64,000 nucleotides of DNA, taken from assembly GCA_977030845.1 (NCBI GenBank), contig OZ365115.1:12896001-12960000 (forward strand), in the 5' to 3' direction. The notes below the pieces were generated by a model, which saw only the letters and a program-made list of their open reading frames with translations, was not told the origin of the DNA and searched no databases. Of the stretch, positions 1-14,222 are shown in pieces (position 1 is the stretch's first letter; every line of letters begins with the position of its first letter). Origin of the DNA: Fimbriosthenelais zetlandica (Eukaryota). Both the position numbers and the translations under genes were made by a program.

Positions 1-714
1 CTGGGATTTTTCTATTATCAATAGATTACTATGAGGACCATCGTCAACACTGTATCCTATTGTGTAATTGTCTCTATTATGTCACTGATTCTGATTGAAT
101 GCGTAGGTCACCTGGGTGATTCCACCTCAGATCACCCAAAAAAAACGCATTTTTAAACCCCACCCCATTTGATTTCTATGAAATTTGGTATAGGGGTATT
201 TCATAGCCAGAAAAGCCTAAATCTCAAATTTCAGCTTGATCGGACTAGCGGTTTTCGAGATATCGCGATTTACTTTTTTCGCTTTTTCACGAAAATGGGC
301 AGGTCGACCAAATTTAAAATTGGCTTTTCTCAGCAACCACTGGTCCAATTTCAAAAAACAAGGTATTTCTGGAAAGGGGAAATCACAAGGAATCCAAATC
401 AGGCATTGGTTTTTGCATTTTTGCATTTTAAAGGCCAATGACCTTTTGACCTATATTTTGACCTTGAAATTCACATTAAAGAACACGCCCGATTTCAATG
501 ACACAAATAAAAAAAATGTAGCCCTATGTGTCAACTTCAACATATAAAAAAACTGGAGGGGTTTTCTTTTTCATAATTGAGAAAATCAGGATAGTATAAA
601 GCACTACCTTTCAATCCATGGTAACTTCTGTGTATGATTAAGCCTATGTTTGCACTGCAGTAAAGCTAGTTCTCAGACAGTGGAAGGAAATACTAGTAGC
701 TTCAATTTCAGTGT

Positions 715-942
715 CACGGCTCTACAAATAATTGACTTATGCAGGCACAGTGCCTTACTAGGGCACCAGACAGGCACATTTAATTCCGCACAGCTGTAAG
801 CCATGTAGGCATATATTTTTCACCTTGATAGACGCCTCTGTTCCCATTTACAACTGAGGCAGCTTTCTCTAAAGAGTCATGGCTCTACAAATAATTAACT
901 TAAGCCTTACTAGGGCACCAGCCAGACACATCTAATTCCGCA
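715..942. repeat. Internal ~160-bp tandem subrepeats in the foldback arms (mirror copies at ~1580-1836)
   Basis: CAYGGCTCTACAAATAATT recurs at 715 and 878 (period 163). Its reverse complement TTATTTGTARAGCCATGAC ends at 1680 and 1836 (period 156). Confidence 0.8.
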
Positions 943-1090
943 TTTTAAAGGCTAATGACCTTTTGACCTATATTTTGCCCTTGAAATTGACATTAAAGAA
1001 CATCCCGACCTCAATGACACGATTACAAAAAATGTAGCCCTATGTGTCAACTACAACATATAAAGAAACTGGAGGGGTTTTCTTTTTCAT
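940..1090 (+). repeat. Direct ~150-bp internal duplication of 423-574 inside the foldback element
   Basis: GCATTTTAAAGGCYAATGACCTTTTGACCTATATTTTG...CTGGAGGGGTTTTCTTTTTCAT is present at both 423-574 and 940-1090 with scattered substitutions. Confidence 0.85.
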
Positions 1091-4000
1091 TTAGATTTTT
1101 TCTACATCACACAAATTGATGTAGAAGTCGACATACCTTACCATTTTCTTTAGACATATCTAAGATCCATTCATTGTACACTGCCTGTATGTACGTAACA
1201 TTTATATACACAGTATACAAGTTGATGTACTACTCAAAGAAATATTGTCAATCACAAGTACAAAAAGTCATTGAAAACTTCACAACTGTCTCATTTTCAA
1301 ACAGGGTCAATATTGTTATTTACTCCTTGTCCACAGGCCAATTCAAGTGGTGGTTAGAGATTCTGGCCAGGTCATTTTGAGAAATGCTGTACAGTTTCTT
1401 GTTGAAGATGATTTCAAGAATGGAGTGCTTATCACACAGTGTACATCTGAATCAGGAATCCAACAATGATCATCTTTGGATAGCCAATAGAAGGTATTGG
1501 CTGATCTATGAGGGTGCATGAACTTTATCCTTTAGTCACCAAACAGATTCTGAGACCAGACCAATCCATGGGAGGTTAGAAACAGAGGCGTCTATCAAGG
1601 TGAAAAATATGTGCCTACATGGCCTGGTGCCTTAGTAAGGCACTGTGCCTGCATAAGTCAATTATTTGTAAAGCCATGACTCTTTAGAGAAAGCTGCCTC
1701 AGTTGTAAATGAGGCGTCTACCAATGTGACAAGTATGTGCCTACATGGCTTACAGCTGTGCGGAATTAAATATGCCTGTCTGGTGCCCTAGTAAGGCACT
1801 GTGCCTGCATAAGTCAATTATTTGTAGAGCCATGACAATGAAATTGAAGCTACTAGTATTTCCTTCCACTGTCTGAGAACTAGCTTTACTGCAGTGCAAA
1901 CATAGGCTTAATCTTACACAGAAGTTACCATGGATTGAAAGGTAGTGCTTTATACTATCCTGATTTTCTCAATTATGAAAAAGAAAACCCCTCCAGTTTT
2001 TTTATATGTTGTAATTGACATATAGGGCTACATTTTTCTTATTTGTGTCATTGAAATCGGGCATGTTCTTTAATGTGAATTTCAAGGTCAAAATATAGGT
2101 CAAAAGGTCATTGGCCTTTAAAACGCAAAAGTGCAAAAACCAATGCCTGATTTGGATTCCTTGTGATTTCCCCTTTCCAGAAATACCTTGTTTTTTGAAA
2201 TTGGACCAGTGGTTGCTGAGAAAAGCCAATTTTAAATTTGGTCGACCTGCCCATTTTCGTGAAAAAGCGAAAAAAGTAAATCGCGATATCTCGGAAACCG
2301 CTAGTCCGATCAAGCTCAAATTTGAGATTTAGGCTTTTCTGGCTATGACTAACCTACAAACCAAATTTCAGCAAAATCTGACAAAGTAGGGTTTAACTGA
2401 CTGGGTGAACTGAGGTGGACTCACCCACCTAGCCTCAGCATGTCATAGACTACAAAACAGGGCTTTTCCCCCAAGAGAGAATATTGAGGATAATGGCACT
2501 GTGCTGCTTCCATTGACAGTGACAAGGAGTACAATCATGGCATACAGAAGTTCCAGAATGAGTGATAACAAAACTTGGATATTGCCACCGTACACATTCT
2601 TCAACTTTGTTATTTTCATATTTTTGCTGACTTCTGAATGATGAGACCATGCAAAATAAGTATCAACTGAGCTGGGAAAGGTTTTTAAATATTGCAAGCA
2701 TCAGCACTGTTGGGATATATTGGTACAATCTTCTAGATAGCGTATACTCAAAAGCTAAGGAAACTTCCATCATATCAAGGCTTGACAGATGACTTTTTTA
2801 TGTGGATGAAAAATGTAGGCACAGATTGTTCAGCATTCAAAGCATTTAGAAGAATACAAATGGAACTTTAGCACATTCGTCTACTCCTTTTTCACTGCTA
2901 GCTCTGACCTACCGCTTTTGCGTGACTTGAAAACAGGAAACTTTTAAGTGTAATATATTCGCTGAGTGGCGACAACTGGGGAACATACTAAATGGTAACA
3001 CCAGAATCAATTTATTTCTTACTTTGGCTTTCCGTTGGCTTTTGTTAAACAAGCTTTCATACTCAGATTTCAAATGCAGTCTTATTTCCAGACACAGTTC
3101 ATTTGATACTTCAGTCAGATATGTAGTAGGCGTATTGTCATAGACTCCGGAGAAACATTTGGTTTGCAAATTTATATAGTTAAACACAATACATCTAATG
3201 GAAAAGAAATACATTATTTGCCTGATCAAGGATGGTGTAACAACACTCTCAGCAATAGAATTTTTCTCGTAAATTTCAGATAAATACTTTTCTAAAGCAA
3301 AGTAGAAGTCTCATTTCCTTTCTTAAAATGCCAGCAAATCCAATCCCAAAGCTCTTCCAATCCCCTCAATGATTCACAACCTCTCTTGAATCAATCTTCC
3401 TGAATGGTCTGATAGGGAAAGAAAACAAGACTTTTCCTTTCTCCTAACGTAACTTTCACTTTTTGTCTCGTCATTAATCTTAAGTCATCAGAGGCAAGTT
3501 AATTAAGGAGTTTTGATTATGTGGTAATGAGGATCCAAAGATGGGATCATTGCCCTTTCCGCGACCCCAGGTGTTGTGGCAGTTGATCAAATACAGTTTT
3601 TCATATGAATAATTTTTTACTTGTTTTGATCACATATTCTCTGTCATTACCTTGGAGAATCGTCCATTAATCAAATTTATTACACAAGGAACCAAGGCGA
3701 ACAAATCGCATCAAATCTCCTGTTTTGAAGGATATTTCGACACCACATCATATAATATCCTTCAGCCTATTTAGAACCTCCCCACAATTTTCACAGTTAT
3801 GAACATTTCTCAAATGTATACATGTAGAAAAAGGGAAAATGATAGACTAATGTAATGATTATAAATATTTAAATGGTGACACACTGCATTATTCACACAG
3901 GCCTGATGGTGCACCCCAGTTAGATGCATTTATCACTGCCACCTAAATGGATTTGCTTATCAGAACATAATGTTAAATGTATCATCTAAATGGTAAAGTC

Positions 4001-4748
4001 AATTTATCTTGTGTCAAGAAACAGCCATTGGTCTTTTATGCAATTATTAGAAAGGCACATAAGACCTCCAATCCCTTCCCTTTCCTTTTCCAGGCTTCCA
4101 AATTTCTCTAATGGCGGGCTTTCCTCCCTTAAAGACAGCTTTAATACCCTTAATCGTTCTCTCCCCTCCCACCAGAGGCATTAGTGACGCTAATGTGGGC
4201 TCTTTTCAGCAAGGCAGCCATTTGTCAACATTGCTGAGCGTCCTTCGCCAAGCCTTCCTTGTAAATCTTATTGCATCCAGTTTAGGAGCCCAAGGAAAGG
4301 AGAATTTACATTTTCTACCATAATAGAAAATAGCCATAAATAATCCCATATGACTATCCAAAACAACCAAGAGTACTGAATGGGTCTGAAATAGAATTTA
4401 ACCAACGGCACAATATACTCATATTTTGGTGGAATACTAAAACATTTCACCTTGTATAAATACAGAAGAATCATAACAGGCAAGGAGTTAAATCATTTTC
4501 TAGCTCTGCAATGAATTTACCAACCATACCTTCTCGATTATTCACGGGTGTTTATATATATGCAGGTAATTATTCCTAAAATCAGGGGGTTTGTATGTCT
4601 CTAAAAGAAATATCCATTATAACCAGGGTAACTTAACAGTTATGCTATAAGCTATGGCAATATTTAACACCTTTGAGGACTCTACGTCCTACTTGGAGAC
4701 CCTGAATGCCTGGCCCAGTTAACCATGTTAACGTGAGTAAAAGACCAG

Positions 4749-4844
4749 GGGTCTGTCCCACAAAAAAAATCCTTAATTCTCGTACATCAACCCATAGACT
4801 TACCACAGGTTTATATAGCTAATCTTGTTATATGAAACAGACCC
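4749..4844. mobile_element. Ultra-short MITE-like element (GGGYCYGTTTCA-type TIR family), diverged
   Basis: GGGTCTGT at the left end and TATGAAACAGACCC at the right end; same terminal motif as the copies at 33499, 36652 and 58462. Confidence 0.45.
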
Positions 4845-7800
4845 TCGTCCAGACACCATTTATGTTCTGAGACATGCCATTCCTCCTGTTATAACCATGA
4901 AGCAAAAGGGGGAAGGCAGAATCAGGAACGTACTCAAAGCCCCAAATAGCCCAACATGCAGGAATCTATTTGCCAACCATTAGCTAATCAAACGTTTCTT
5001 TCATTATTAAAGAAGCATCATTGGGATGTTAGGTTGACTCTGTAAACGCATCAGACATTCAATGCAATAATCTTTCATTGAACATTTAACTCATAGGAAT
5101 ATTCAGCCTATAGGACCTAAAATGGAAGGCAGGATTTCAGAACAGAAAGAAAACCCCACTTTAATATGACTGTTTGGCAGTTTAAAAGCTAGGCCACCTC
5201 ATTAGAGTTGTTTAGTATTATCTAACTCACTTGAAATTGGTCGGGCAATGGACTTGAAATGTCACGTACGTACTTACTCTAATGACATTTGATTGGCCCT
5301 TTTATTTACTTATCAAAGATACATTACATAGGCCATTTCATATAATAAATGTAGAAAATATTGCCTCAAGGTTGGCATGTTTTCAGGGATCCCCCATCCC
5401 ATAATATCACTCACTTCCCATTCCCGTGCCCACGTGACTTCCAAGCGGAAGTAATGAACTACTCCACTCCACGTACTTCCTGTTTGTGTTGTCCCGCACC
5501 TTCTCAGATGCTTCCCTCCGTGCGTGCCTCCCACAAGATGGAAATCTAATATATTCAGCCTTCCTGCCTAGAGGCTATTCCCAAATTCGAGACCAAAGGA
5601 GTCTATTCACCACATTAAAATGGAATCATAGGTACATGAGAGGCGAAGATATATACATGGAAAGGTTCTGTATTTATAGATGTATATTTGATGGGAGGTA
5701 GGATCTACCCTTAGGCAAGCAAAGCAATCTATTCGCTCGTACATAGTCAATGGATGGATGCTGCAAAGGTCAGTCATGAATAAACACCTTCAAAACCCAC
5801 AACCATAGATGAAAGCAGGCAGGTTGTCTGCTGACCTTCATCATAGATGCCCCATTGTACATGTGATGTGTTGGTCTATTGTCTCTTGGTGAAGTCTCCT
5901 TTATATTTGTATTGAGAGGAACTATATAATGCTTGATACTCTGGGCAGGTCCTGCCCCGGAAATACACCACATAGTCAATGCATGCTAATGCCATTCAGT
6001 GCTCACTTAGGCTCCTGGAAACTGATACAGGGAAAGGTCACAAACATGAAGGAGACCACATACGGCATTCATTTCATCCATTGAAGCAACAGCTTTCTCA
6101 TCTTGTCAGATATGTTACTGTCAATCATAGCAATACATCCTGCAGCTGTTGGAAGACTGCCCTTGTTGTAGTTTCAATGTCAAACTCGGAGTTACGCCAT
6201 TGCAATAGAAAATTGCCTTCATCTTGATTTCCTCATATAAATTCCATGACCTTTCTTTAGTTCTCTGCATTCCTGTCCATGCATTTTTCTGCATTCGTAA
6301 TCCCAAGCAGAATAAATGAACCTGTAACAGTTATCTGATGTTCATATATTTCTTATATATAATATGCTATAATAGTCGCTAATCATTTGCAGCATTTTCA
6401 GGATTATAGATGGAGAAAATGCATTAGCTGCAAGCTAATGCATTTGGGTGTAATAGTAGTTAATATCAGGAATGTGCATTGATGGAGCAAGCTCTGTTCA
6501 TACCTCGGTAATGCTGGAGTTCCTTCCATAGAAAATAACTTCTCAAGACAAATAGTGATAATATACTGCCTTATTTGCTCTTAGGTCTTGATCTTAAAAA
6601 ATATACTCTCGCAATACCACCGCTGCCTTTGGATTTATCATCTGCCATCACTTACTAGTGTTCTTCCTGGAGCAAATGACCCGAGTAGACAAAAAGTCAT
6701 GATGTACGACATGATTTAGTCATAGATTGTGAATCTAAAGCCAATCCATTGACGTGCCCAATACCGCCTTCCCATTTCTGATCTACCACTTGCCAATAGA
6801 ACATCTAAATCAGCTCTTGCCTCTAATGTACATTTCCCGTCAGAGCTGGGAATCAACAAGGCCTGCCTGAGGCCATCCCACTCTATTTTTGACGTCACAA
6901 ACGCCAACTTCACATGGTGTTTCGGTCTGATTTGATCGGGTCGCTCCATAAAAATTCAGCAACATGTCAAGAAAAGGCCGTAATCATGCACCGCCGATAG
7001 GTCATGGTGCTCGAGGTCTCAGCCCCTTATTGACAACCCTCATTTGTCATAAATAAAAGCGATGAACATTAGGGCTTGTAATTTTCCCAGCACTTTCCAT
7101 TCACTTCAATGGCATTTTGGTGAGATTGAGGGCCTTATATCACAAGCTGGGTTAAGGAACTGGTTCAATAAGGAGCCATGATTGCATATTACCCACTTGA
7201 TGCAAATATCATCACGCGTTATTTCCAAAATCTAAAATTGTACAAAGATTGATTCAAATGCACCATAGTACGAATGATAAAGATTCAATCCAAGATGGAA
7301 TGACGGGAGGGAAAAGAGTTTTAGACCACTGATTTTGACATCAAGGTTGCTATGGTGTGAACAGAAGTGTAAACTTGTTTCTCTCTATTTAGGTGTCTTC
7401 AGAAGCTATAGCTTACCCATTATCGTTAGTTTTAATAACTTAGACACAGCACCAGGCTGAAAACCACGATGTGTAGTTCAATTCTACCCCGTGAGCCTTG
7501 ACATTTGCTGTATAAAAATGCTAAATGCTAGTTTGATAAGAGAGGACAATGGTTTCGGTTAATGATATGTCACCTTTTGTCACGATGACCTCTCACAAAC
7601 ACAACTTGTTTTCAACAACCTTATAAAGACCACATCCTCTCTGACCGGAAGCCTGAGAAAGGTCAGAGGTTACAGAGGGCTTGTCACATGCAAGCTAAGT
7701 GGGAATACTGCCCGAGGCAGAGTGCTGAGAACATGTGGAAGCATGCCTGTGAAAATCTACAGCGAGGGAAGTGGGGAGACGTAAGCTGGGCCTGCTAATG

Positions 7801-10800
7801 TCCCTGGTAGTCAAGAATTTAAACGCGAGCAAACATGCAAGGGTCAGCCATTACTGGAATCTGACGTAAGGGGAAACATAAAGAAACAACATTAAAAGGA
7901 CATGGTGTAATAAGCCCACTGAGCAATGATCAGGGGACTACAACTGACATGTGACGGTAACAGAGATTCAAAATGGCGGAACATAAAGCATTGTGGAAGA
8001 GATGAGAGTGTCTGATGGCGTGCTCACCGCCATTCACAGACAGGCTAATCGTTAAAACTTCCACAAACTCTTTGTTCAACATGAACAGAAGGTCAACATA
8101 ACTCTAACCCGGCCCGTTATTACACGACAACTGGCACGGAGAGAGACAGTTAAAAATTGATTTAAAGCATTTGATGAAATGTTCGCATTGTGTCTGTGTG
8201 GGTCTATCTATCGGGGGCAGAAGTTGTGATGGATTGGGTGGAGGGATTTGCTGGTTAAGTTGGAGGAGGGCGGGCATTGAGGGCACAGAAGGCATGGAGT
8301 GAGGGCACCCTGAGGCTAAGTCCACATTATGGTGATCCGAGGGGTGCCCGGGACAATCCATGACTTTGTTACTGTCACATTTACATGCCTACAGCCCTTC
8401 ATCTTTTATCTTGCAACGGCTTCTCCTTACCATGGCAGGAATGCACTGAATCAGGTCAGGCTAACCAAGCCATCAGCAAAACTAAAGACCTTTTTATATG
8501 AAAAAAACATATCAACTGCTCCGTGTTTTCCAAATGTTCTGCCTGAAACAATGCTCTTTACAAGGAAACACAATCCTGAGCAATAAAACGTGCTGTGAAA
8601 CTACGCAGGAAGAAAACACAGCTGTTAATGTTTTATATGGGACCGTGGGTGATACAAGTCGCCTTATTTCGTGGCCCGTGATATGAGACAAATATTCATA
8701 AGTTCTCCCTCCACATCATTGCCCAAAGTCTATACTTGCATGGCGGCCACTTAATATTTGATGAGGAGGAGGGAGGAGAGGTAAGGTGGGTAGAACTGCC
8801 AGGATATCTTAGTGAGAGCCAGGCCTCACAATCTCTTCATACCCTACCTTAATATTAGCCTCAACACAATCAATTTGTCTCAGCACATTTTGCCAGACCA
8901 GCCCGGCCCCCGGTCCACCACCTCCCGGGTCATGCAAGCTGCTGTGAGGGAAGAGGTGAGGGGTCAGCCGGCTGCCTGCCCACAGCACCACACCCCCTGT
9001 CAGATCGATCAAGTCCCCTCCCCACATGTTAAAGCCCACATATATGATGAACCCTTTTCTTTTGAAACAAAAGCGTTATCTATAAAAGACAGGAATTAAA
9101 TAATCAATCATCGCCTCAACTCAATTCTCCTAAGGTCCACCAAGACTAAGTATATCATTTTCACAAGCTTTTGAAGGTCTACCAGACCTCTATTCTCTCC
9201 CCTAACTTTAGAACAGCTTGATTACAATTTGTGTTGTCAAATTCACGAGGAGCATAATTCCCACAAGCTTGAGTTTGTCATGCATTATAAATATCATTCT
9301 TCCATAAATTTCAATAGAATATTTAAATCTATTCAGTAATTGCATTGTCAAAATCACGTACTACATTATAGTAAAAATGACTATAAAGTTGGAGAGAATT
9401 TCCAAGACTTGCAATATGGACTAATCCTCTGGGATTTCAGAAGAAGAATCTTTCCAAATTCTCTTATCTCAGCTATGGTACGGGGTGGTGTAGGTGAATT
9501 ATAAGATGGGGAGTAAAGCCTTTGTTTCTAGCAGGGATTTGAGGGAGGGGATTATGGCTGGCGGGTGTACTCAGGAGCTGAGGTATGGTCCACTGTGTTA
9601 TGAGATCTCAAGGCTGTAATGCTATTTTCCCTCAAACAACAATGAGATGTGTTCAGCTGATGTAATCTACGACACGCGTGGATGTATCCCAGCCTCATGC
9701 TGGGCCTCCAGCTACATACATTTATAGACCAGCAACAAGAGCGCCAACTAACTAACATATTTTGGAGAGGAAACTTATACTTCATCCAGAATCAGATTTT
9801 TAGCAAAAATAAGGTATTAGTGAGGAAAGCGGTCTGTTACAGGATAACTAACAAGGAAGACTAAATATAAATTCAAAATCATTTTCCATTTCTGATTTCT
9901 GCACTTTTCAAAACTTAATAATGACATGCATTGGGAATTTATAAAGGCAACAGCAAATTATGAAGCAGGCTACCGTTCTAGGTAATTCATTTACAAACTT
10001 CGGGAACTGTCGATATTACGTTGACGCTCTTTATTTCAAGGGCGTCTTAAAAACAAGAACATCTTTCCATTACACAGAGTTTGCCTTGACTTTTTGTCAC
10101 TTGCTTTATAAGAAGTCAGTCTGGCTAGTTCAGTGCCACAGGGTACCTGCCTTTATTGTGTTAAGCATAGTGGGGGTATAGTACATAGACCTTCATTAGA
10201 GGCCCTCACATAGTCCTATATTAGAGCCACAGAGACGGCATTATCAAGACTCTTTCCCTCATTACTCCAGTATCTCATGTAGATAGGATTATCAGAGGTT
10301 TTATGGAGAAAGAACACTGAAACAGTCGGAGGTAATGAGCAGCCCAGCCAAGCATATTTTTCCCTCCATTCCCTTAATGAAGACAGACAGACATGAAACA
10401 AGATCTTTAGAAGAATGAAGCATAGACTTTTAATGGCTATATTTTGCTTGATCACCAAAGAAAATGATATATATCGCTGATAGCTTATGACAAGCTACCA
10501 CTTCTTCTTTTGATGTGCTCTTGTAAATCCTCTTGTAAAGACCATGAACACAAGAAACTTTTCTATGTCTTCGCGATTATACTCCCAAATCCAGTCTATC
10601 CAGATCGGAATAAAGGAGAAAAACATCAGCAAAAATCAATCAGTTCTGCATTCAATATTCTTCAGAAGTTCCTCTGCCATATCCATATTCATGGTGAGTG
10701 AGTCTCTATTGTAACCAATACCATGCAACCTCACATCTCCCAAAGAATGTGCCATAACACACGTGAATTCTTGATCTGGGAACCCAAAGGAAGCATTTAT

Positions 10801-13659
10801 CATTTCATTCCTTCCATGACAAGCCCTCTTTATGCCATACATAGCTGAAATCCAGCCATGATCACTTTTTCCCAGTCTTTCAATGCCTGACCTATTTTCC
10901 ATTCAGGTTCTGCAGATATCCCTACGCGCTCTATCAGAGGCATGCACTTTTTTCTCAGTGGAAGTACAAATAATTTCCTTCCCATTAGAACTGGGCTTTT
11001 TTCCTCTTTCATATAGGCGATCAAAAATGTGCCCCAAGGGTGATTGGTGTGAGATTTATCCACTAGCTGGGTCTCATCTTTCTCCGCTGTGGGAATGAAC
11101 TTTTGTTTGTCTAGCATAAGGGTAGAAATCCCCGTATAACTGACGAGGGTATCCCTACTGATGACACTGGAGGTGTCCATATGATTACCTCTGTTGAATC
11201 TCAATCCTCTACGGATCAACACTTCCCTGCCTCAATGAATGAGTAGCTTAAGCTACTGACTACCCATATGCCATATATCTTGCATAACTAATCCTATATA
11301 ACATACCAAGACACTAATTGCCATGCTTCAGCCAATTCCATGCAACCTGCGTCCCAGACATGATTGCATAATTGTACTTAATAGAATTGTTTTAACCTTA
11401 GGAGTTAGAAGGTCACTTGGTACACAGGTTGCAAAAGAAAACACATTTTGAACATCTAATATACAGGTATAAACTATTGGCATTTTGACCTTCTATTGCA
11501 TGAAAGGTTCAAAACACTTTCGCTGTTCAAAGATGCCGTCAATCTTTTTGCATGCATGTATGCAACAGCCATGTCATATCCATAAGCTGTAGCATGCCTA
11601 TAAAGATTGGAAGTCTTAAGGGCTTTTTTCAAGCATTAGGCTCTCGGAACTAGGGTTGCTCAACGGATCAAGGGCTTAGGCTATGACAGGATCTGCAGTT
11701 CTCTCCTTCTCTCTCTCTTACACCCGCCCCCCTCCACACACACACACAAAGAGGTACTTTTTTAGGCAGTCCCACCATGCAGTATTGCATGAATTACAGA
11801 CTGGCAAGGCTGCCACACAATACAGCACATATGTATACTACTTCTTCAAACATTTCTGAAGAGAGAAAGCAAAATAATATCTCTGTATTCTGTCCAAGCA
11901 ATGTATCCAGCGAATATTTACTTAAAGGCCTTATATGATACTGATACTGACAGAAAGTGGTGCAATAATAGATCCTTGCAATATTAAGTCATATGATGGC
12001 ATGCTTTTGAGAAGCGATATTTTATATTTCAACGGCCTTTCTCTATTTAAGCAGGGTTTTAAAATTACGCAAAGATATCTCTATAGAACTTGAACTGTCA
12101 CCATATCTGCCATATGAAGCAGAACTTGGGTATATATTATTACACTTCTTTACATGTATAGCCCCAGCTTACCTCCTCCCCACCACGTCCCTCTGAAGTC
12201 TCAGATATTGCCGCCTTCATTATCTCTGTATGGAAATCTTTCCTGAACAGAAGCAGCCGGGCGGAAGATGAAAAGGGCCCTGGAACAAGCATTGAAAGAC
12301 ACATGCCTCCTGTCTGTCATTACATGGGATTACACCCAAGTAGGCATGCAGAGGCAACTCCTGTCACACAAGGCAGGAGGATTCTTACTGAGAAAACTCC
12401 CCGACTTGATGGATGGGTCTATTGAAGATTCCATTATTTATGGGTACTTTATTCAATGTGTGGAACGGTATGAAATGGATTGGCGTGTGTCATACATACA
12501 AATGCTGCGTCTTATCATGGAGAAAATCCGCCAGCTTTTCTGATCGATCTCAATGGTAAGAAACAAGGCAAGCATTTTAATGTGATAAATTGTTTGGTCT
12601 TGGTAATTGCTTGGGTAAAGATCATATAGAAAGCTTTATAATTCCATGGATTTTTGGTGTAACAGAAATCCGGTGTGAAGGGTGCCTGTTGATTGATGGA
12701 CATTTCGGTTGAGGTCGTATGACTCTAGTTTACTGTCCACCTTACGGGAACTACTAAGAGGGACCGCCGGGGAATAACTGCCATTTATGTCAGCCCACTC
12801 TTGATCCCTCATTGAGAGGAGCAAATGCTACGACTCTAATGTCACGAAGGTTAATATAAAAATATACAGGGAAAACCATATATCAGAGCAGATATCTCAT
12901 ATTACTTAATATTACTGCCGAGTTTTTCAAAATGTGATCTCTTCCATAAAAAACTAATTTAAAGTTATGATTTCAAATAGACTTAACTTCTCATATCATA
13001 TACATTTCCTTTACAATCACTCATACTTGATTAGTTTCTTTTTTCAAATACTATTAATATCCAACATGATTGATGCTAGCAGAAGCTCATGGATCGACAG
13101 CATATATAAATCTCCATATATTGTCGAGTTGTTGGCCAACACAACTTTGCCTCGTGGACCAAAACTAACAACTACTCCCTCCTCCTCCATTTCCATTACA
13201 CAACTACTTCTCAACTACCTTTATGAAATTGATTTCTTTCGGCCATCTATGCTCCATAACAAGTTTTGCCTATATGGCCTGTGGTGGAACGAGCAATGAA
13301 TTATCTAAATAACTATGGATATTACAGGACACGGGCCCCTGTATGGTAATATATTTGTAGGCACAGGGAGAGTTTACATTGCCGGTCCACAGCATTTGCT
13401 CAGCTTATAAAGAGCAGAAAATTAAGATGTATTGCTTTAAGAGGGCGGCCGGGGAGCAGAGCGAAATGAGTCTATTACTTCTTTAAACCTGGGAAAATAA
13501 CTTTATAGCTCAATGAACAGGGTAGTTTCCTAAAATCTGAAGACATGGGTGGGGGCGATAATCCCTAATCCATAAACCTGTTCCTATTGCAAAAAATAGA
13601 TGTACTGTGTGATGGCTCATAGATTTCCCATACTCTTAGTATGGGGCACGGGTTCTATA

Positions 13660-14222
13660 ATTCTGTCAGACGGAGATCTCTATTGCCGACTTTTGCCTTC
13701 CGATTGTTTCAACTTTTCGTTTCTGGCAGCAATTAATTGATGCATGCACTTGAATTTGATGGTATGCAGAGAAGTTCCACTTGCAAGCATCACTGCAGGA
13801 ATCAGTAGGCAATGATCCCTGGTGGGTACATAACTAGTTCACCAACTCACTAGAGATATCCACTAGATATTCATGACTTGCAATCCTTGCAAAGTTTCAT
13901 ACTTATGTTCCACACAGGAGGGGTGTGGGCAGGGGGGTTGGATTAGAGATGCCAGCCACCTACACTGACTGAGGGGTAGGGTAGTTACACATTCTGTCGA
14001 GGGAGATCTCTATTGTTGACGTTTGCCTTTCCATCTTTTAACTTTTCGTTTCTGGCAGCAATTGATGCTCTTGCACCTGATGGTAGTGCAGAAAATCTCC
14101 ACTGGCAAGAATCACTGCAAGCGTCAGAAGGCAATGATCCCTAGTGTCTATACAATCATTGTTCCAGATTATTTGAGATATCCACTAGATATTCATGACT
14201 TGCAATTCTTGGAAAGTTTCAT
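13660..14222 (+). repeat. Diverged tandem duplication, two ~235-240 bp copies (13660-13900 and 13991-14222)
   Basis: Shared blocks in the same order: ATTCTGTC, GGAGATCTCTATTG, AACTTTTCGTTTCTGGCAGCAATT, GGCAATGATCCCT, GAGATATCCACTAGATATTCATGACTTGCAAT, AAAGTTTCAT. Confidence 0.9.

Larger units (their letters stand above)
114..2426. mobile_element. Non-autonomous foldback/MITE-like DNA transposon derivative (2313 bp) with long inverted arms; termini compatible with Sola2
   Basis: Left end GGGTGATTCCACCTCAGATCACCCA (from 114) matches the reverse complement of the right end (GGGTGAGTCCACCTCAGTTCACCCA, ending 2426) at 23/25. ACCT flanks both ends (110-113 and 2427-2430), i.e. a 4-bp TSD. Near-identical inverted arms span ~203-900 and ~1580-2347, which is why mirrored ORFs appear at 236-547/2002-2319 and 217-438/2111-2332. 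No transposase ORF. GRG...CYC termini with a 4-bp TSD are described for Sola2, but the superfamily call is an inference. Confidence 0.85.

Noticed and set aside
169-2332. Paired ORFs 169-441, 217-438, 236-547, 2002-2319, 2111-2332 as duplicated genes or a transposase
   Set aside because: They are mirror images produced by the inverted arms of the foldback element; no DDE or other domain motif, and several begin at non-ATG codons.
10216-11222. Chain of minus-strand ORFs (130, 88 and 80 aa) as a decayed gene or retroelement
   Set aside because: No RT, integrase, recombinase or other motif I can recognise, and no convincing splice sites joining them. A tBLASTn/HMMER search would be needed to rescue it.
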